Positions 30,494 to 40,796 of a stretch of DNA of 64,000 nucleotides are shown one piece after another. Each line of letters begins with the position of its first letter. Within the stretch, counting starts at the first letter, position 1. The notes under the pieces are model-generated. The model was given only the letters and a program-made list of their open reading frames with translations. It did not search any database and had not been told where the DNA came from. This DNA is from Akkermansiaceae bacterium (GTDB lineage Bacteria > Verrucomicrobiota > Verrucomicrobiia > Verrucomicrobiales > Akkermansiaceae), in contig JBPOGF010000015.1 of the NCBI GenBank assembly GCA_051251915.1, forward strand, positions 32,001 through 96,000, read 5' to 3'. The translations under genes and the position numbers were made by a program.

Positions 30494-32125
30494 ATGTCCA
30501 CACCAGAATTTCACTATCAAAAACCCTTTCCTCTCGGTCCAGATAAAACTGAATATGAACTCATCAGCACCGAAGGCATCTCTGTAGAAAAACTCGGTGA
30601 TCGAGAAATCCTCACAGTGAGCAAGGAAGCGATCACTCATTTGGCGAACGAAGGCTCTAAAGAAATCTGCTTTAAACTCCGTTCTGGACACTTGAAACAA
30701 GTAGCAGCCATCCTAGATGACCCTGAGGCCACCGATAATGACAGAATGATGGCTCTCACCCTGCTGAGAAATGCAGAGATTGCGGCAAAAGGAATTTTAC
30801 CGAACTGCCAAGACACAGGCACAGCTATAGTCATGGCTAAAAAAGGTGAAAATGTTTACACCGGGTTCAACGATGCAGAAGCCATTTCACACGGCATCTA
30901 TAAGACCTACACTGAGGAAAACTTGCGCTACTCACAAGCCATGCCTCTCACCATGTATGAAGAAGTAAACTCTAGGACCAACCTTCCCGCCCAGATCGAC
31001 CTCTACGCCACACCAGGTAATGAATATGAATTCCTCTTCATCTCCAAAGGCGGAGGCTCCGCTAACAAGACATTTCTATATCAAGAAACAAAGGCGCTGC
31101 TGAACCCAAATACACTCAAGTCATTCTGCGTAGCTAAAATGGCGACACTAGGAACCTCAGCCTGCCCACCTTATCACATCGCTATCGTTATTGGCGGCAC
31201 CTCAGCAGAGACCTGCCTCAAGACAGTGAAAATGGCATCTACTCGCTATTATGATGAACTCCCCACTACAGGAAACGAACACGGACAAGCATTCCGCGAT
31301 GTTGAACTGGAAAAGGAATTGTTAGAGTTATCTCGTGACATTGGCATCGGCGCCCAGTTCGGGGGCAAGAACTTTGCACTAGATGTTAGAGTGATCCGTC
31401 TACCTCGCCACGGCGCCTCATGTCCAGTAGGGATCGGCGTTTCATGCTCAGCAGACAGACAGGCAAAGGCTAAAATCACCAAGGACGGCATCTTCCTTGA
31501 AAAACTAGAGTCTAATCCTGGGCAATTCATTCCAGATAAATACCGTGATTGGAAATTTAATGGTGTCAAAATTGATCTAGATCAAGGCATGGAGAAAACT
31601 CTAGCCACACTCACCAAATACCCAGTTACCACTGCCCTTTCATTGAGTGGAACCATCATAGTTGCGCGAGATAGCGCACACGCCAAACTCTTAGAAATGT
31701 TAGAATCTGGTCAAGGACTTCCAGACTACGTCAAAGATTTCCCTATCTATTATGCAGGCCCTGCGAAGAAGCCAGAAGGCATGGCATCAGGCTCATTTGG
31801 TCCTACCACAGCTGGAAGAATGGATGCTTATGTGCCTGTCTTCCAAGAACAAGGAGCCTCAATGGTAATGCTAGCAAAAGGCAACCGATCTCAGATGGTG
31901 ACCGATGCCTGCAACAAATACGGAGGCTTCTATCTTGGATCAATGGGCGGCCCAGCTGCCATCCTTGCAAGAGACCATATTAAATCCGTAGAAGTGGTCG
32001 ATTTCCCAGAGCTAGGCATGGAAGCGGTATGGAAAATCCGCGTAGAAGATTTCCCTGCATTCATTCTAGTCGATGACAAAGGCAATGATTTCTTCCAAAC
32101 AATCAATTCTTGTCCTGCTTGCTAG
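30494..32125 (+). CDS. fumA: Class I (Fe-S) fumarate hydratase
   Basis: [42 protein letters not shown]. Confidence 0.95.
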   Translation: MSTPEFHYQKPFPLGPDKTEYELISTEGISVEKLGDREILTVSKEAITHLANEGSKEICFKLRSGHLKQVAAILDDPEATDNDRMMALTLLRNAEIAAKGILPNCQDTGTAIVMAKKGENVYTGFNDAEAISHGIYKTYTEENLRYSQAMPLTMYEEVNSRTNLPAQIDLYATPGNEYEFLFISKGGGSANKTFLYQETKALLNPNTLKSFCVAKMATLGTSACPPYHIAIVIGGTSAETCLKTVKMASTRYYDELPTTGNEHGQAFRDVELEKELLELSRDIGIGAQFGGKNFALDVRVIRLPRHGASCPVGIGVSCSADRQAKAKITKDGIFLEKLESNPGQFIPDKYRDWKFNGVKIDLDQGMEKTLATLTKYPVTTALSLSGTIIVARDSAHAKLLEMLESGQGLPDYVKDFPIYYAGPAKKPEGMASGSFGPTTAGRMDAYVPVFQEQGASMVMLAKGNRSQMVTDACNKYGGFYLGSMGGPAAILARDHIKSVEVVDFPELGMEAVWKIRVEDFPAFILVDDKGNDFFQTINSCPAC

Positions 32126-32169
32126 GAATTTGCCTTTCATTATCTGAATTTCTGTCATAGTTTCCCGAC

Positions 32170-33183
32170 ATGAGCTGCGCTGGACCAAGAATGAAGATGG
32201 ACCCTACTCTCCACACGGATAAAAAGCCGTCATGGATTAAGGTTCGCTTGCCGAATAATCCCGTATTCTGGGATACTAAATCCATGATCAAAGACCTGAA
32301 CCTCGTCACTGTTTGTGAAGAGGCTCAGTGCCCTAACCGATGGGAATGCTGGGGTCAAGGAACTGCCACGTTCATGATCGCTGGTGATAAATGCACCCGC
32401 GCATGTGGATTCTGTGCTGTTAAAACAGCCAAGCCAGACGCCCTAGAAGACGATGAACCAATGCGTGTGGCAGAAGCTACCAAGCGCATGAGCCTCAAGC
32501 ACGTGGTCATCACTGCCGTAGCCCGAGACGATCTCAAGGATGGAGGTGCCGAGCACTTCAACCGTACGATCTCTGCCGTGCGCGCACTGAACCCAGGAAT
32601 CATCATCGAAGTCCTCGTTCCTGATTTCAACGACCGCGACTGGGCACTCCAACTATGCATGGACGCCCGCCCACACATCTTTAACCACAATCTAGAAACA
32701 GTCGAACGTCTCACTCCCCTCGTCCGAAGTAGAGCAAAATACTGGCGTTCACTCGCCGTGCTCAAGAAAGCTGGCGAAATGGTAAACGGTAAGGTTTCAG
32801 TCAAGTCTGGCATCATGCTAGGACTCGGTGAAACCCACGAGGAAATCCTCAAAGCAATGGATGACCTCTTAGACCATAAAGTCACCGTCCTAACACTTGG
32901 ACAGTATCTCCGGCCTACACCACGTCACTTGCCAGTAGTAGATTACATCAAACCAGAGTATTTTGATGAACTCAAGCAAATCGCTCTCGATAAAGGATTC
33001 CGTCACGTAGCTAGTGGACCTCTAGTTAGATCATCCTACCACGCAGCAGATTTCCGTCCTGAGCTAGATGTTTTAGACGACATCGAAGCCGACCTTCGTG
33101 GCACGACTGAGCTAGAACTAAAGCCTAGCGATCTCCCTATTCCATCAGCATCTGGAGAAGTAGTGAAATCCACGCTTGGCTAG
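32170..33183 (+). CDS. lipA: Lipoyl synthase
   Basis: CEEAQCPNRWEC auxiliary cluster motif, CTRACGFC radical SAM motif, RSSY. Confidence 0.97.
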   Translation: MSCAGPRMKMDPTLHTDKKPSWIKVRLPNNPVFWDTKSMIKDLNLVTVCEEAQCPNRWECWGQGTATFMIAGDKCTRACGFCAVKTAKPDALEDDEPMRVAEATKRMSLKHVVITAVARDDLKDGGAEHFNRTISAVRALNPGIIIEVLVPDFNDRDWALQLCMDARPHIFNHNLETVERLTPLVRSRAKYWRSLAVLKKAGEMVNGKVSVKSGIMLGLGETHEEILKAMDDLLDHKVTVLTLGQYLRPTPRHLPVVDYIKPEYFDELKQIALDKGFRHVASGPLVRSSYHAADFRPELDVLDDIEADLRGTTELELKPSDLPIPSASGEVVKSTLG

Positions 33184-33199
33184 AGAAATTTCAGATCCT

Positions 33200-33826
33200 A
33201 TGAAAACATCAGCACCACCTACGGGAGCTCCCCTCTGGCTCCCTGTGGTGATAGGAAACATTATCCCTCTCATTGGGGTGTTATTTCTCAATTGGAGCCT
33301 CCCTCAAATTGTCATCCTTTATTGGATCGAAAACCTCATCCTCGGATTCTGGAATGTTCCGCGGATCATTCTTTCTGGAAGTTCAGGCAAACTAAAAAAC
33401 ATCCCACTAGCCCTGTTCTTCATCGTCCACTACGGGATATTCTGCTCAGTTCACGGTGTGTTCATCATGGGATTAGTAAATTACTCATCAGGTAATTCCT
33501 TCAGCTCCACAAGATCTGAAATGGCAGACTACGCAGGCACAGGCTTAATCCTTGGTGCGTTGATCATGTTTATCTCTATCGGCTGGGATTTCTTTTCCAG
33601 TTACATAAAGAACGGTGAATACAAAAAATGGACCCAACAGAAAGCAATGATGCACCCCTATGCCCACATCCTCGTAATCCATTTCGCCATTCTCATCGCT
33701 GGATTCGCCACTGTAGCCCTAGGCTCACCACTCATTCTCCTCCTAGCCCTCATCGTAGGCAAAACATTTATCGAGCTCAAAAGCCGCCAGAAAAAACTTA
33801 CCTCTAGCTCTAAAACTTACCTCTAG
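33200..33826 (+). CDS. DUF6498-like membrane protein
   Basis: NIIPLIGVLF..W, YWIEN, FF.VHYG.F..VHG, PY..I...H motifs. Confidence 0.75.
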   Translation: MKTSAPPTGAPLWLPVVIGNIIPLIGVLFLNWSLPQIVILYWIENLILGFWNVPRIILSGSSGKLKNIPLALFFIVHYGIFCSVHGVFIMGLVNYSSGNSFSSTRSEMADYAGTGLILGALIMFISIGWDFFSSYIKNGEYKKWTQQKAMMHPYAHILVIHFAILIAGFATVALGSPLILLLALIVGKTFIELKSRQKKLTSSSKTYL

Positions 33827-33827
33827 T

Positions 33828-34190
33828 TTAAGCTAGTTTAGCCTGTATCCGCTCACGATCCGCTTTCTTAAGGCTTTGCACCACTAACCTTAACGATTCA
33901 ACGATCATTTCCTCGATTAGCTTACTAGGAACGGATCCGTCCAGTGTCACGGTATTCCAATGCTTTTTGTTCATATGGTAACCGGGCTTCACTGCATCAT
34001 ACTCATCACGCAGCTCAAGAGCTCTATCCGGATCACATTTGAGATTAACCGCTGTAGGAAACGAATCAGGACTAGTGAGCGCAAACATCTTCCCACAAAC
34101 TTTATAGACTAAAGTATCAGGACCAAATGGAGACGTCTCCTCCACCTCCGGATAGGACATGCATTGTTGAATTAATTGATCTAGGTCCAT
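33828..34190 (-). CDS. MmcQ/YjbR-family protein
   Basis: PFGPD..VYKV.GKMFA, NLKCDP, PGYHMNKKHWNTV; start could be 34214. Confidence 0.92.
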   Translation of the reverse strand: MDLDQLIQQCMSYPEVEETSPFGPDTLVYKVCGKMFALTSPDSFPTAVNLKCDPDRALELRDEYDAVKPGYHMNKKHWNTVTLDGSVPSKLIEEMIVESLRLVVQSLKKADRERIQAKLA

Positions 34191-34289
34191 AGTCCTCGGT
34201 ACTATAAAAATCACATCTCATGAAAAAAGAGATTATTTAATACAGAAATACTAAGTTATTAGCGAATAACAATTTATATTCGAACTTCT

Positions 34290-34326
34290 AAAAACAAGAA
34301 AGTCCACATATCAAAGTGGACTTTCT
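34290..34326 (-). terminator. Intrinsic terminator after the PEP-CTERM gene
   Basis: Stem AGAAAGTCCAC/GTGGACTTTCT with A/T-rich flanks. Confidence 0.8.
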
Positions 34327-34349
34327 CTTTTTTAATTAAATACTGAATC

Positions 34350-35081
34350 TTATCGCTTGCGTCTCAACAGGAAACCTGCAGAACCTAAAATCAGAAGACC
34401 AGCGCTTGATGGCTCAGGTACTTTTGACTCAGAAAAGGCAATGCTATCAATTGCTCCACTTTCGATATTAAAGTCAATCGATGCAATATTCTTTATGCCT
34501 AGATAGTCAGCAGTAATACCGCTGAAGTTGTTCGCGAAATTATTACCAAAAGCAGCACTACCGTCAAAAGCTAGTAGATCTGATGGCTTCCATGTTTCAA
34601 ATCCCCCAAAGGAGTCCCTGAACACAATCGAAACTGCGCTTCTAGCATTTTCTGGAGTGTCATAGAGACTGAACCCCACTGTATCAACATACAGACTAGA
34701 AAAGGACACAGTTATTGTTCCTCCGTCACCTTGATCGCTTGGGTTATCAATGATGTTATCACCATTTTTATCGGTAATGTTTTCAGCGATTATTAAAGCA
34801 TTTCCAGGTTTTGTTCCTTCAAGATTTCCTCCTTTAAATGGAATTTCAAGATCAGGGTCTGCACCACCTGTATTATTAGTACTATAAATGGCAAGTTGAT
34901 CGTAGATTCCTTTAGAATCAACAGAAAATGTAACTCCCTGAGAGCTATATTCTGATCCACTGAAAAAACTTCCATGTTGTAGACCTGTGGCCTTATCGTC
35001 AAATGTTATCACCGTCTGACCTGAAGCTATTCCTGCTGCTCCTGCCATCGATAATAGTGTTATAGTTATTTTATTTCTCAT
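34350..35081 (-). CDS. PEP-CTERM sorting-domain surface protein
   Basis: Signal peptide; C-terminal VPEPSSAGLLILGSAGFLLRRKR. Confidence 0.92.
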   Translation of the reverse strand: MRNKITITLLSMAGAAGIASGQTVITFDDKATGLQHGSFFSGSEYSSQGVTFSVDSKGIYDQLAIYSTNNTGGADPDLEIPFKGGNLEGTKPGNALIIAENITDKNGDNIIDNPSDQGDGGTITVSFSSLYVDTVGFSLYDTPENARSAVSIVFRDSFGGFETWKPSDLLAFDGSAAFGNNFANNFSGITADYLGIKNIASIDFNIESGAIDSIAFSESKVPEPSSAGLLILGSAGFLLRRKR

Positions 35082-35713
35082 AATTGATGTATTATATTTT
35101 TTAGTTAGGGGAGATAGCTCATCGTCGAGAAGACATGATCATTCTTATGAAACGATCAATATAGCTCTCAGAAGCTCTTTCTATGGGGTGCTAATCAAAC
35201 TTATTTCATCACTTGTTGATGAATATTTGTTAACAACGTGTATTATAAAGTTGATTGAATGTATCACACAAGAATTAGCACGAACTCTTAAGAAAACCAT
35301 AAATTAACAACTAGTTTAAAAACACAAAACACACTTAATATAAGCAAGTAACAACACTGTTAAATATATCACAAGGCTGCCTATCAAGAAGGCTATGTAT
35401 TCATCATAAATGAATCATTCAGCAATACACAATATAACAGCTAGTAAGTCAAAAGAGTATTTATAGCCAAAGATACTGAGTCAGCGTTCCTCTATGCATG
35501 GAAACGTATTAACTTACCAACAATTCGCACAACTAACCTTTTAAACAATCACGCAACAGACGAAATCTATTTCATTAACTTACTCATTAGATGTGTTTTA
35601 TCAGCAGAAGAACAAGCCTAGAAGATACCTAACAAACTGAAAAATAGTTAATACACGAACTTAGTGATTATTTTATGCAATATTGAAAGAAAATCTCCAC
35701 CTCCCAAGAGCAT

Positions 35714-36637
35714 CTACTTAAAATCACTGGAACCTTCCAAGCTCTTTTTTCTACGGTGAATCGCCTTCATGATCACTCCGTCGGCAGGACCGAACATCCA
35801 GGCGATGAGAAATAATATCGTGCCCGCAATCACCACTCCTGCAGACTCTTTCCCGTTGAAGGCTACACTAATATAAATGCCCGCGATGGAAGATATCAGT
35901 GCGTGGATAGCGGAAAGAACTAACATCAATTTCAACCTATGAGTGCAGAGATACGCAGTAGCTCCAGGTAAAACCAGCAGCGCAATCACTAGGATAGCTC
36001 CTACGGCTTCAAACGCCGAAACGACAACCACAGATAGCACAGCCATCAGAGCATAATGAACGGTTCCTGGCTTATACCCAAACGAAGCCGCCAGCCCTGC
36101 ATCAAATGAACTCAAAGTAAGGATACGGTAAAATATCACAATCAATATCACTGTGATAATGGCAACTACTACCGCTGGAAAAATTGAGTCTGGCACATCG
36201 AATCCCATAAAATCGATCGTCTTCGTATAAGCCACATGGGAAACATTCCCTTCCAAGACACAGTCTTGATCCAGATGAACTTTATCTCCAATAAGAAACC
36301 TGATCAGCACTAAACCAAGCGCAAACAGCGAAGTGAACGCAATCCCTATAGCCGAGTCTTGCTTTATCCGTGTGCGTCGATGGATCTGTTCGATAAGAAA
36401 TGTCACTAATACTCCAGCGAAAGCCGCACCCACAAGCAACCAAGGAGAAGATAAATCGCCCACAAAAGCAAACGCCACTACAATACCAGGCAAAGCACTA
36501 TGCGAGATAGCGTCCCCCACTAAAGACATCCTGCGTAAAATCAGAAAAGCTCCTAAAAGAGCACAAGGAAGCGCCACGAAAAAGCACATCATCATCATCC
36601 AACCCCACGGGTCTAAGCTAAGTAATGAAGCCATCAT
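35714..36637 (-). CDS. Mn/Fe/Zn ABC transporter permease (TroD/YtgD-like)
   Basis: GDAISHSALPG, DSAIG..FT, AFEAVGAILV. Confidence 0.92.
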   Translation of the reverse strand: MMASLLSLDPWGWMMMMCFFVALPCALLGAFLILRRMSLVGDAISHSALPGIVVAFAFVGDLSSPWLLVGAAFAGVLVTFLIEQIHRRTRIKQDSAIGIAFTSLFALGLVLIRFLIGDKVHLDQDCVLEGNVSHVAYTKTIDFMGFDVPDSIFPAVVVAIITVILIVIFYRILTLSSFDAGLAASFGYKPGTVHYALMAVLSVVVVSAFEAVGAILVIALLVLPGATAYLCTHRLKLMLVLSAIHALISSIAGIYISVAFNGKESAGVVIAGTILFLIAWMFGPADGVIMKAIHRRKKSLEGSSDFK

Positions 36638-36638
36638 T

Positions 36639-37973
36639 TTAGTATCCAGTCTCCTCCAGTTTTCCTTTAGGTTGTTCCATCTTCAATGCGGTCTCTAGAC
36701 TAGGAATAGGTTTTCCATGTGGATCGAACGCAGGAAAATTAAGATCGCGCTCTAACTTGCGAACATCCTCGGCTCCTAATATGTGTTCTATCTTCTCAGC
36801 GTCTTCGTGAACGTGATCAGCAGCATAGTCAGCTTGATCTGTTAGGTAGAGTTCCCACAACCGATGGTTTCTGACTATCTCTACCGCACGGCGCCAACCC
36901 GACGCTGTTAGGTAAAGCGCAGTCTTACCTTCTTCCCACGTTGCTTCTTTATTCTTAACTAGATCTTTGCCGTCCTGAACTACTTCTTCCACTGACAGTT
37001 TCCTTACCTCTGCTAATTGCACCACCCCCACTCCTGTAGCTTTAAAACCTTCATTCTCAATGATCCTGTAAATCGCCTTTAGTGTGTTCTCCCTATGGAC
37101 ACGTGACTTCCTCCCCGCATGACGTAAAAATTTAGCTAAAATTCCATGCTGCGGTGCAAAGAAATACGTAATTGCAAAAATAAGCGAGCCAAACAGGGTA
37201 ATCATCGGGCCAGACTGAAATCGCATATCTAAAGTCGCTATCCACCAGCCACCAAGTGCGGCACAGGTCCCTAAAAGAACTGAAAGACCTAACATTTTTT
37301 GAATCCTATCCGTGAGTAGATATGCAGTTGCCGCCGGAGTAATGAGCATAGCTGAAACAAGAATCACACCCACGGCCTGCATCGCTACTACTACTGCAAA
37401 GGCTAGTAACCCGAAGAACAATGCGTTCAGTAACTTCACCGGATACCCTAACCCAATAGCAAAACCCTCATCGAAACTTAGCACACGAAATGGTCTTAGA
37501 AAGAGGAATATCAATGCACTGACCACACCAGTAGACCCTAGCATCAGCCACAAGTCAGCATCCGAGATCGTAGTTAAATCACCGAATAGAAAACTATCTA
37601 CACCAGCTAGTTGCTGTGTAGAATTCCAAAAAACACCAATAGCAAAAAATGAAGCTAAAACTATCCCTAACGCCGCATCGGACTTGAGCCGAGTACTATT
37701 CACAATTGCACGCACCACGATCACCCCTAGCAAGCCCGCTATGAAAGCACAAAGAAAAATAATCCAAGGGTCACGCTCATCAGACCAAATAAAACCCGCC
37801 ACCACCCCAGGAAAAACAGCATGAGAAATAGCATCCCCCACTAGAGCCACTCGTCTAACAACGACGAAACAACCTAATAAACCACAACAAATCCCCACAC
37901 AGATCGCCGCTATGGGAGCCTTTTGTCCTAGCGTAAGAGCCAAGTATAACCCTATATCTAACATCGCTTCCAT
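36639..37973 (-). CDS. Metal ABC permease fused to a C-terminal DtxR/MntR-like domain (YtgCR-like)
   Basis: GDAISHAVFPG permease; C-terminal ENTLKAIY...RNHRLWELYL...HEDAEKIEH...DPHGKPIP. Confidence 0.9.
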   Translation of the reverse strand: MEAMLDIGLYLALTLGQKAPIAAICVGICCGLLGCFVVVRRVALVGDAISHAVFPGVVAGFIWSDERDPWIIFLCAFIAGLLGVIVVRAIVNSTRLKSDAALGIVLASFFAIGVFWNSTQQLAGVDSFLFGDLTTISDADLWLMLGSTGVVSALIFLFLRPFRVLSFDEGFAIGLGYPVKLLNALFFGLLAFAVVVAMQAVGVILVSAMLITPAATAYLLTDRIQKMLGLSVLLGTCAALGGWWIATLDMRFQSGPMITLFGSLIFAITYFFAPQHGILAKFLRHAGRKSRVHRENTLKAIYRIIENEGFKATGVGVVQLAEVRKLSVEEVVQDGKDLVKNKEATWEEGKTALYLTASGWRRAVEIVRNHRLWELYLTDQADYAADHVHEDAEKIEHILGAEDVRKLERDLNFPAFDPHGKPIPSLETALKMEQPKGKLEETGY

Positions 37974-37976
37974 CGT

Positions 37977-38747
37977 CTATAAATCATGACTGGCTTCTGG
38001 TATTTTAGCTGCTTGATCAGCCACTTCATCAAGAATGGTGAGCCTCCCTCCGTAAGTTTTCTGAAGAAGCTCGGTATTATACATCTCCTCAGTCTTCCCG
38101 TAGGCTACAAGCCGCATATTAAGTAACAACAAGTGATCAAAATACTCGCGAGCCGTCTGTAAATCATGATGGACTACCAACACTGTTTTCCCATTTTCAC
38201 GCATCTCTTTCAGCAAAGCAATAATCGCAGATTCTGTAGCAGCATCCACCCCTGTGAAGGGCTCATCCATAAAATACAAATCACTATCCTGCGCCAGTGC
38301 TCTAGCTAAGAATACACGCTGTTGCTGACCTCCTGAGAGGTTACCAATCTGGCGTTTTGCGAATGGTAACATGCCCACTTTATCGAGCGCTTCAGAAGCA
38401 ATTATCTTCTCTCGCTTACCCACTCGCCCAAACAAACCCAGTTTCCCGTATGTCCCCATCAGGGCTACATCCATCACCGTCACCGGAAAGTCCCAGTCCA
38501 CACTCTCACGCTGAGGAACATACCCCACTCGATGTAAATTTTCCTGCAGCGGCTTGCCAAAAACTTTCACCCACCCACCAGAGATAGGCACCACCCCCAT
38601 GATGGATTTAATAAGCGTGGATTTCCCCGCACCATTAGGCCCAATAATCCCCACCAAACTCCCCTCCTCAACTTCCACATCCACACCGTAGAGCACAGGA
38701 CGTTTGTGGTAAGTCACCGTGAGATCATGTGCTTCTAACGCGATCAT
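37977..38747 (-). CDS. Metal ABC transporter ATPase (TroB/MntB-like)
   Basis: GPNGAGKST, YVPQR, LSGGQQQR, MDEPF, VHHDL. Confidence 0.95.
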   Translation of the reverse strand: MIALEAHDLTVTYHKRPVLYGVDVEVEEGSLVGIIGPNGAGKSTLIKSIMGVVPISGGWVKVFGKPLQENLHRVGYVPQRESVDWDFPVTVMDVALMGTYGKLGLFGRVGKREKIIASEALDKVGMLPFAKRQIGNLSGGQQQRVFLARALAQDSDLYFMDEPFTGVDAATESAIIALLKEMRENGKTVLVVHHDLQTAREYFDHLLLLNMRLVAYGKTEEMYNTELLQKTYGGRLTILDEVADQAAKIPEASHDL

Positions 38748-39712
38748 TTTAAGCCCTCCACCATTGCGTTGACGTTATGCTTGATCATCCCAATGTAAGT
38801 TCCCACATCATACGTCTCGCCATTAACTGTCTCCATTTCTCCTAGTTTACCCGTGGCATCAGCAAAGAGTTCATGCTCAGATACAACAACACCCGCATCT
38901 TTAGCGATAGCTGCTATACCTTTGCTGTTCGCAGCACTCTCAGGAAATATCATCTTAAGTTGCTTTTCTTTAATGAACTCCACCAGATCACTCACCTTCT
39001 TAGGTCCACCTTTATCCCCAGGAGCAAGCCCATCAATAGCCCTCACCTCAAAACCAAACGCTCTAGCATAATACATGAAAGCATCATGACTTGTGACCAA
39101 GATCCTCTGCTCAGCTGGTATCTCACTAAGTCGCTTGCGAACCCACAGATCCAATGCCAATAAATCCTTCTGATAAACCTTACCTCTAGCCTCATACTCT
39201 TCCTTATTAGCTGGATCTTTCTCCGCCATTCTACTTACCACCACAGATATAGTCTTCGCCCAAAGTGTAGGGTCTCCCCATACGTGAGGATCAGCATAGG
39301 CACTATATTCTTCTTCAGGTATGATGAGTTCAGCCTTATCAAGTTGGCTCGTAACAGCATGAGCGTATTCCAATTTCTCTAAATTCTCCTGCAACTTTTC
39401 TTCCAAATGCAAACCACTATAAAAAATAAGATCCGCTGACTTGAGTGCCATCATATCTGTAGGTCGCCCTACATAACTATGTGGATCTATCCCCTCACCC
39501 ATTAATCCATAAACCTCTACTTCATCACCACCAACAACCCTAACCAGATCTTGCACCATCGATGTAGTTGCGGCTACCTTAAGCTTCCCCCCTGCATCGT
39601 AAGCTTCTGTCTCAGACCAAACGTCATTTACTTTCTGATCACCACAACCAATCAAAGTTAGCAAAGAAAGAATCAGACTACCCCATAGATAATGATATTT
39701 TTTCATGACCAA
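38744..39712 (-). CDS. Metal ABC substrate-binding lipoprotein (TroA/MntA-like)
   Basis: Lipobox-like LIGC, DPHSY, DPHVW, TSHDAF, LFAD. Confidence 0.93.
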   Translation of the reverse strand: MVMKKYHYLWGSLILSLLTLIGCGDQKVNDVWSETEAYDAGGKLKVAATTSMVQDLVRVVGGDEVEVYGLMGEGIDPHSYVGRPTDMMALKSADLIFYSGLHLEEKLQENLEKLEYAHAVTSQLDKAELIIPEEEYSAYADPHVWGDPTLWAKTISVVVSRMAEKDPANKEEYEARGKVYQKDLLALDLWVRKRLSEIPAEQRILVTSHDAFMYYARAFGFEVRAIDGLAPGDKGGPKKVSDLVEFIKEKQLKMIFPESAANSKGIAAIAKDAGVVVSEHELFADATGKLGEMETVNGETYDVGTYIGMIKHNVNAMVEGLK

Positions 39713-39742
39713 CCAATAAATGCGATCTTATCCCTAGTCAAT

Positions 39743-39769
39743 AAAAAATTAGCCTCGCCTAACTTTTTT
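39743..39769. promoter_or_regulatory. Candidate DtxR/MntR/TroR-family operator
   Basis: Imperfect palindrome AAAAAATTAGCCTCGCCTAACTTTTTT abutting a TTGACT -35 (39736-39741, minus strand) upstream of the metal ABC operon. Confidence 0.7.
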
Positions 39770-39778
39770 AGCTCTTGC

Positions 39779-39820
39779 AAAAAAATACCCGTCCTCCAGC
39801 ATCACTAGAAGACGAGTATT
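39779..39820 (-). terminator. Intrinsic terminator after the fasciclin gene
   Basis: 16-bp stem that is fully paired only with GU pairs on the minus strand, followed by a U-tract. Confidence 0.8.
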
Positions 39821-39842
39821 AAGTGTAAAAGGTGTAGTTAAC

Positions 39843-40661
39843 TTACTTAGCCAGTTTCTCCTGCATCGCTAGCATTGCGCGACGGAGTGACCAAGCGTTA
39901 GCCCGCTGGTCTTTAGATGAGTTAATCGCAGCTAGTGTGTTTTTAACCTTAGTTGCGAGTTCTCGATCTAGCGACTTAGGCTTAATCTCTAATACCGCAA
40001 TTACTGCGAATTTATAAACTTTAGCACATGCTTTTTCGTTACCACCATTGAAAAGCTCCTTACCCAACTCCAATGCTTCAGCAATAATTTTAGCAGAGGC
40101 CGCATCTTTAGACGCATGCATTGGCTTACCAGGCTTTGTCGGTTTAGCTGGTGCCGGTTTAGGCTTAATAACAAGCCTAGGCATGAGAACACTGTCCACG
40201 ACATGAATCACCCCATTTGATGCTACTATATCTGTAGAGATTACACGTGAGCTATTGATAAATAAAGCCGCGTCCTTGAATTGCACACGGAGCTTTTGCC
40301 CATTGAGAGTCGGTGCTTGTTTTAGTGTAACTGCTGTCGCACCATCTACTTTTTTTGCTACTACGTGATACTTCAGCACCTGTGCTAGCTGATCTTTATT
40401 TTCAGGCTTGAGCAGGTAATGTAGTTTCTCTTTCGGCAACTTTAGAAATGCCTTGTCAGAAGGAGCGAACACTGTGAATGGACCTTTTCCTTTCAGATCC
40501 TTGTCAATACCTGTGATCTCTAACGCCTTTGCCAAGATCTTAAAGTCTCCAGCAGCCAACGCTGTATCTACGATGTCTTTATCAGCGGCGTTGATATTTG
40601 ATGCACCAAGTGCAAACATCCCAGTCAGGACGCAGAGTGTTTGTTGTAGTTGTTTTTTCAT
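39843..40661 (-). CDS. Secreted fasciclin (FAS1) domain protein with an extra C-terminal helical domain
   Basis: GPFTVFAPSDKAF, LKYHVV, ASNGVIHVVDSVL; Pro/Lys linker. Confidence 0.92.
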   Translation of the reverse strand: MKKQLQQTLCVLTGMFALGASNINAADKDIVDTALAAGDFKILAKALEITGIDKDLKGKGPFTVFAPSDKAFLKLPKEKLHYLLKPENKDQLAQVLKYHVVAKKVDGATAVTLKQAPTLNGQKLRVQFKDAALFINSSRVISTDIVASNGVIHVVDSVLMPRLVIKPKPAPAKPTKPGKPMHASKDAASAKIIAEALELGKELFNGGNEKACAKVYKFAVIAVLEIKPKSLDRELATKVKNTLAAINSSKDQRANAWSLRRAMLAMQEKLAK

Positions 40662-40796
40662 ATTATAGTTAGTTTATTTCTTAGTTATAAAAGATTGCTG
40701 ATTCTAAGTCGATATTGAAATCTCCATCATTTTTAACATAATGCAAGCACTCATAACTAGCACTATTTTTAGTTATTGCGGACTATCCAACAACCT

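Noticed and set aside
32355..32885. Long antisense ORFs (also 37312-37824, 47623-48108, 52910-53440 and many shorter ones)
   Set aside because: Shadow frames opposite well-conserved genes, with no recognisable motifs
40731..40758. TTATGTTAAAA on the minus strand, matching a dif XerD arm
   Set aside because: No XerC-like arm, far from the skew transition, and it overlaps a plausible TTGCAT -35 for the fasciclin gene
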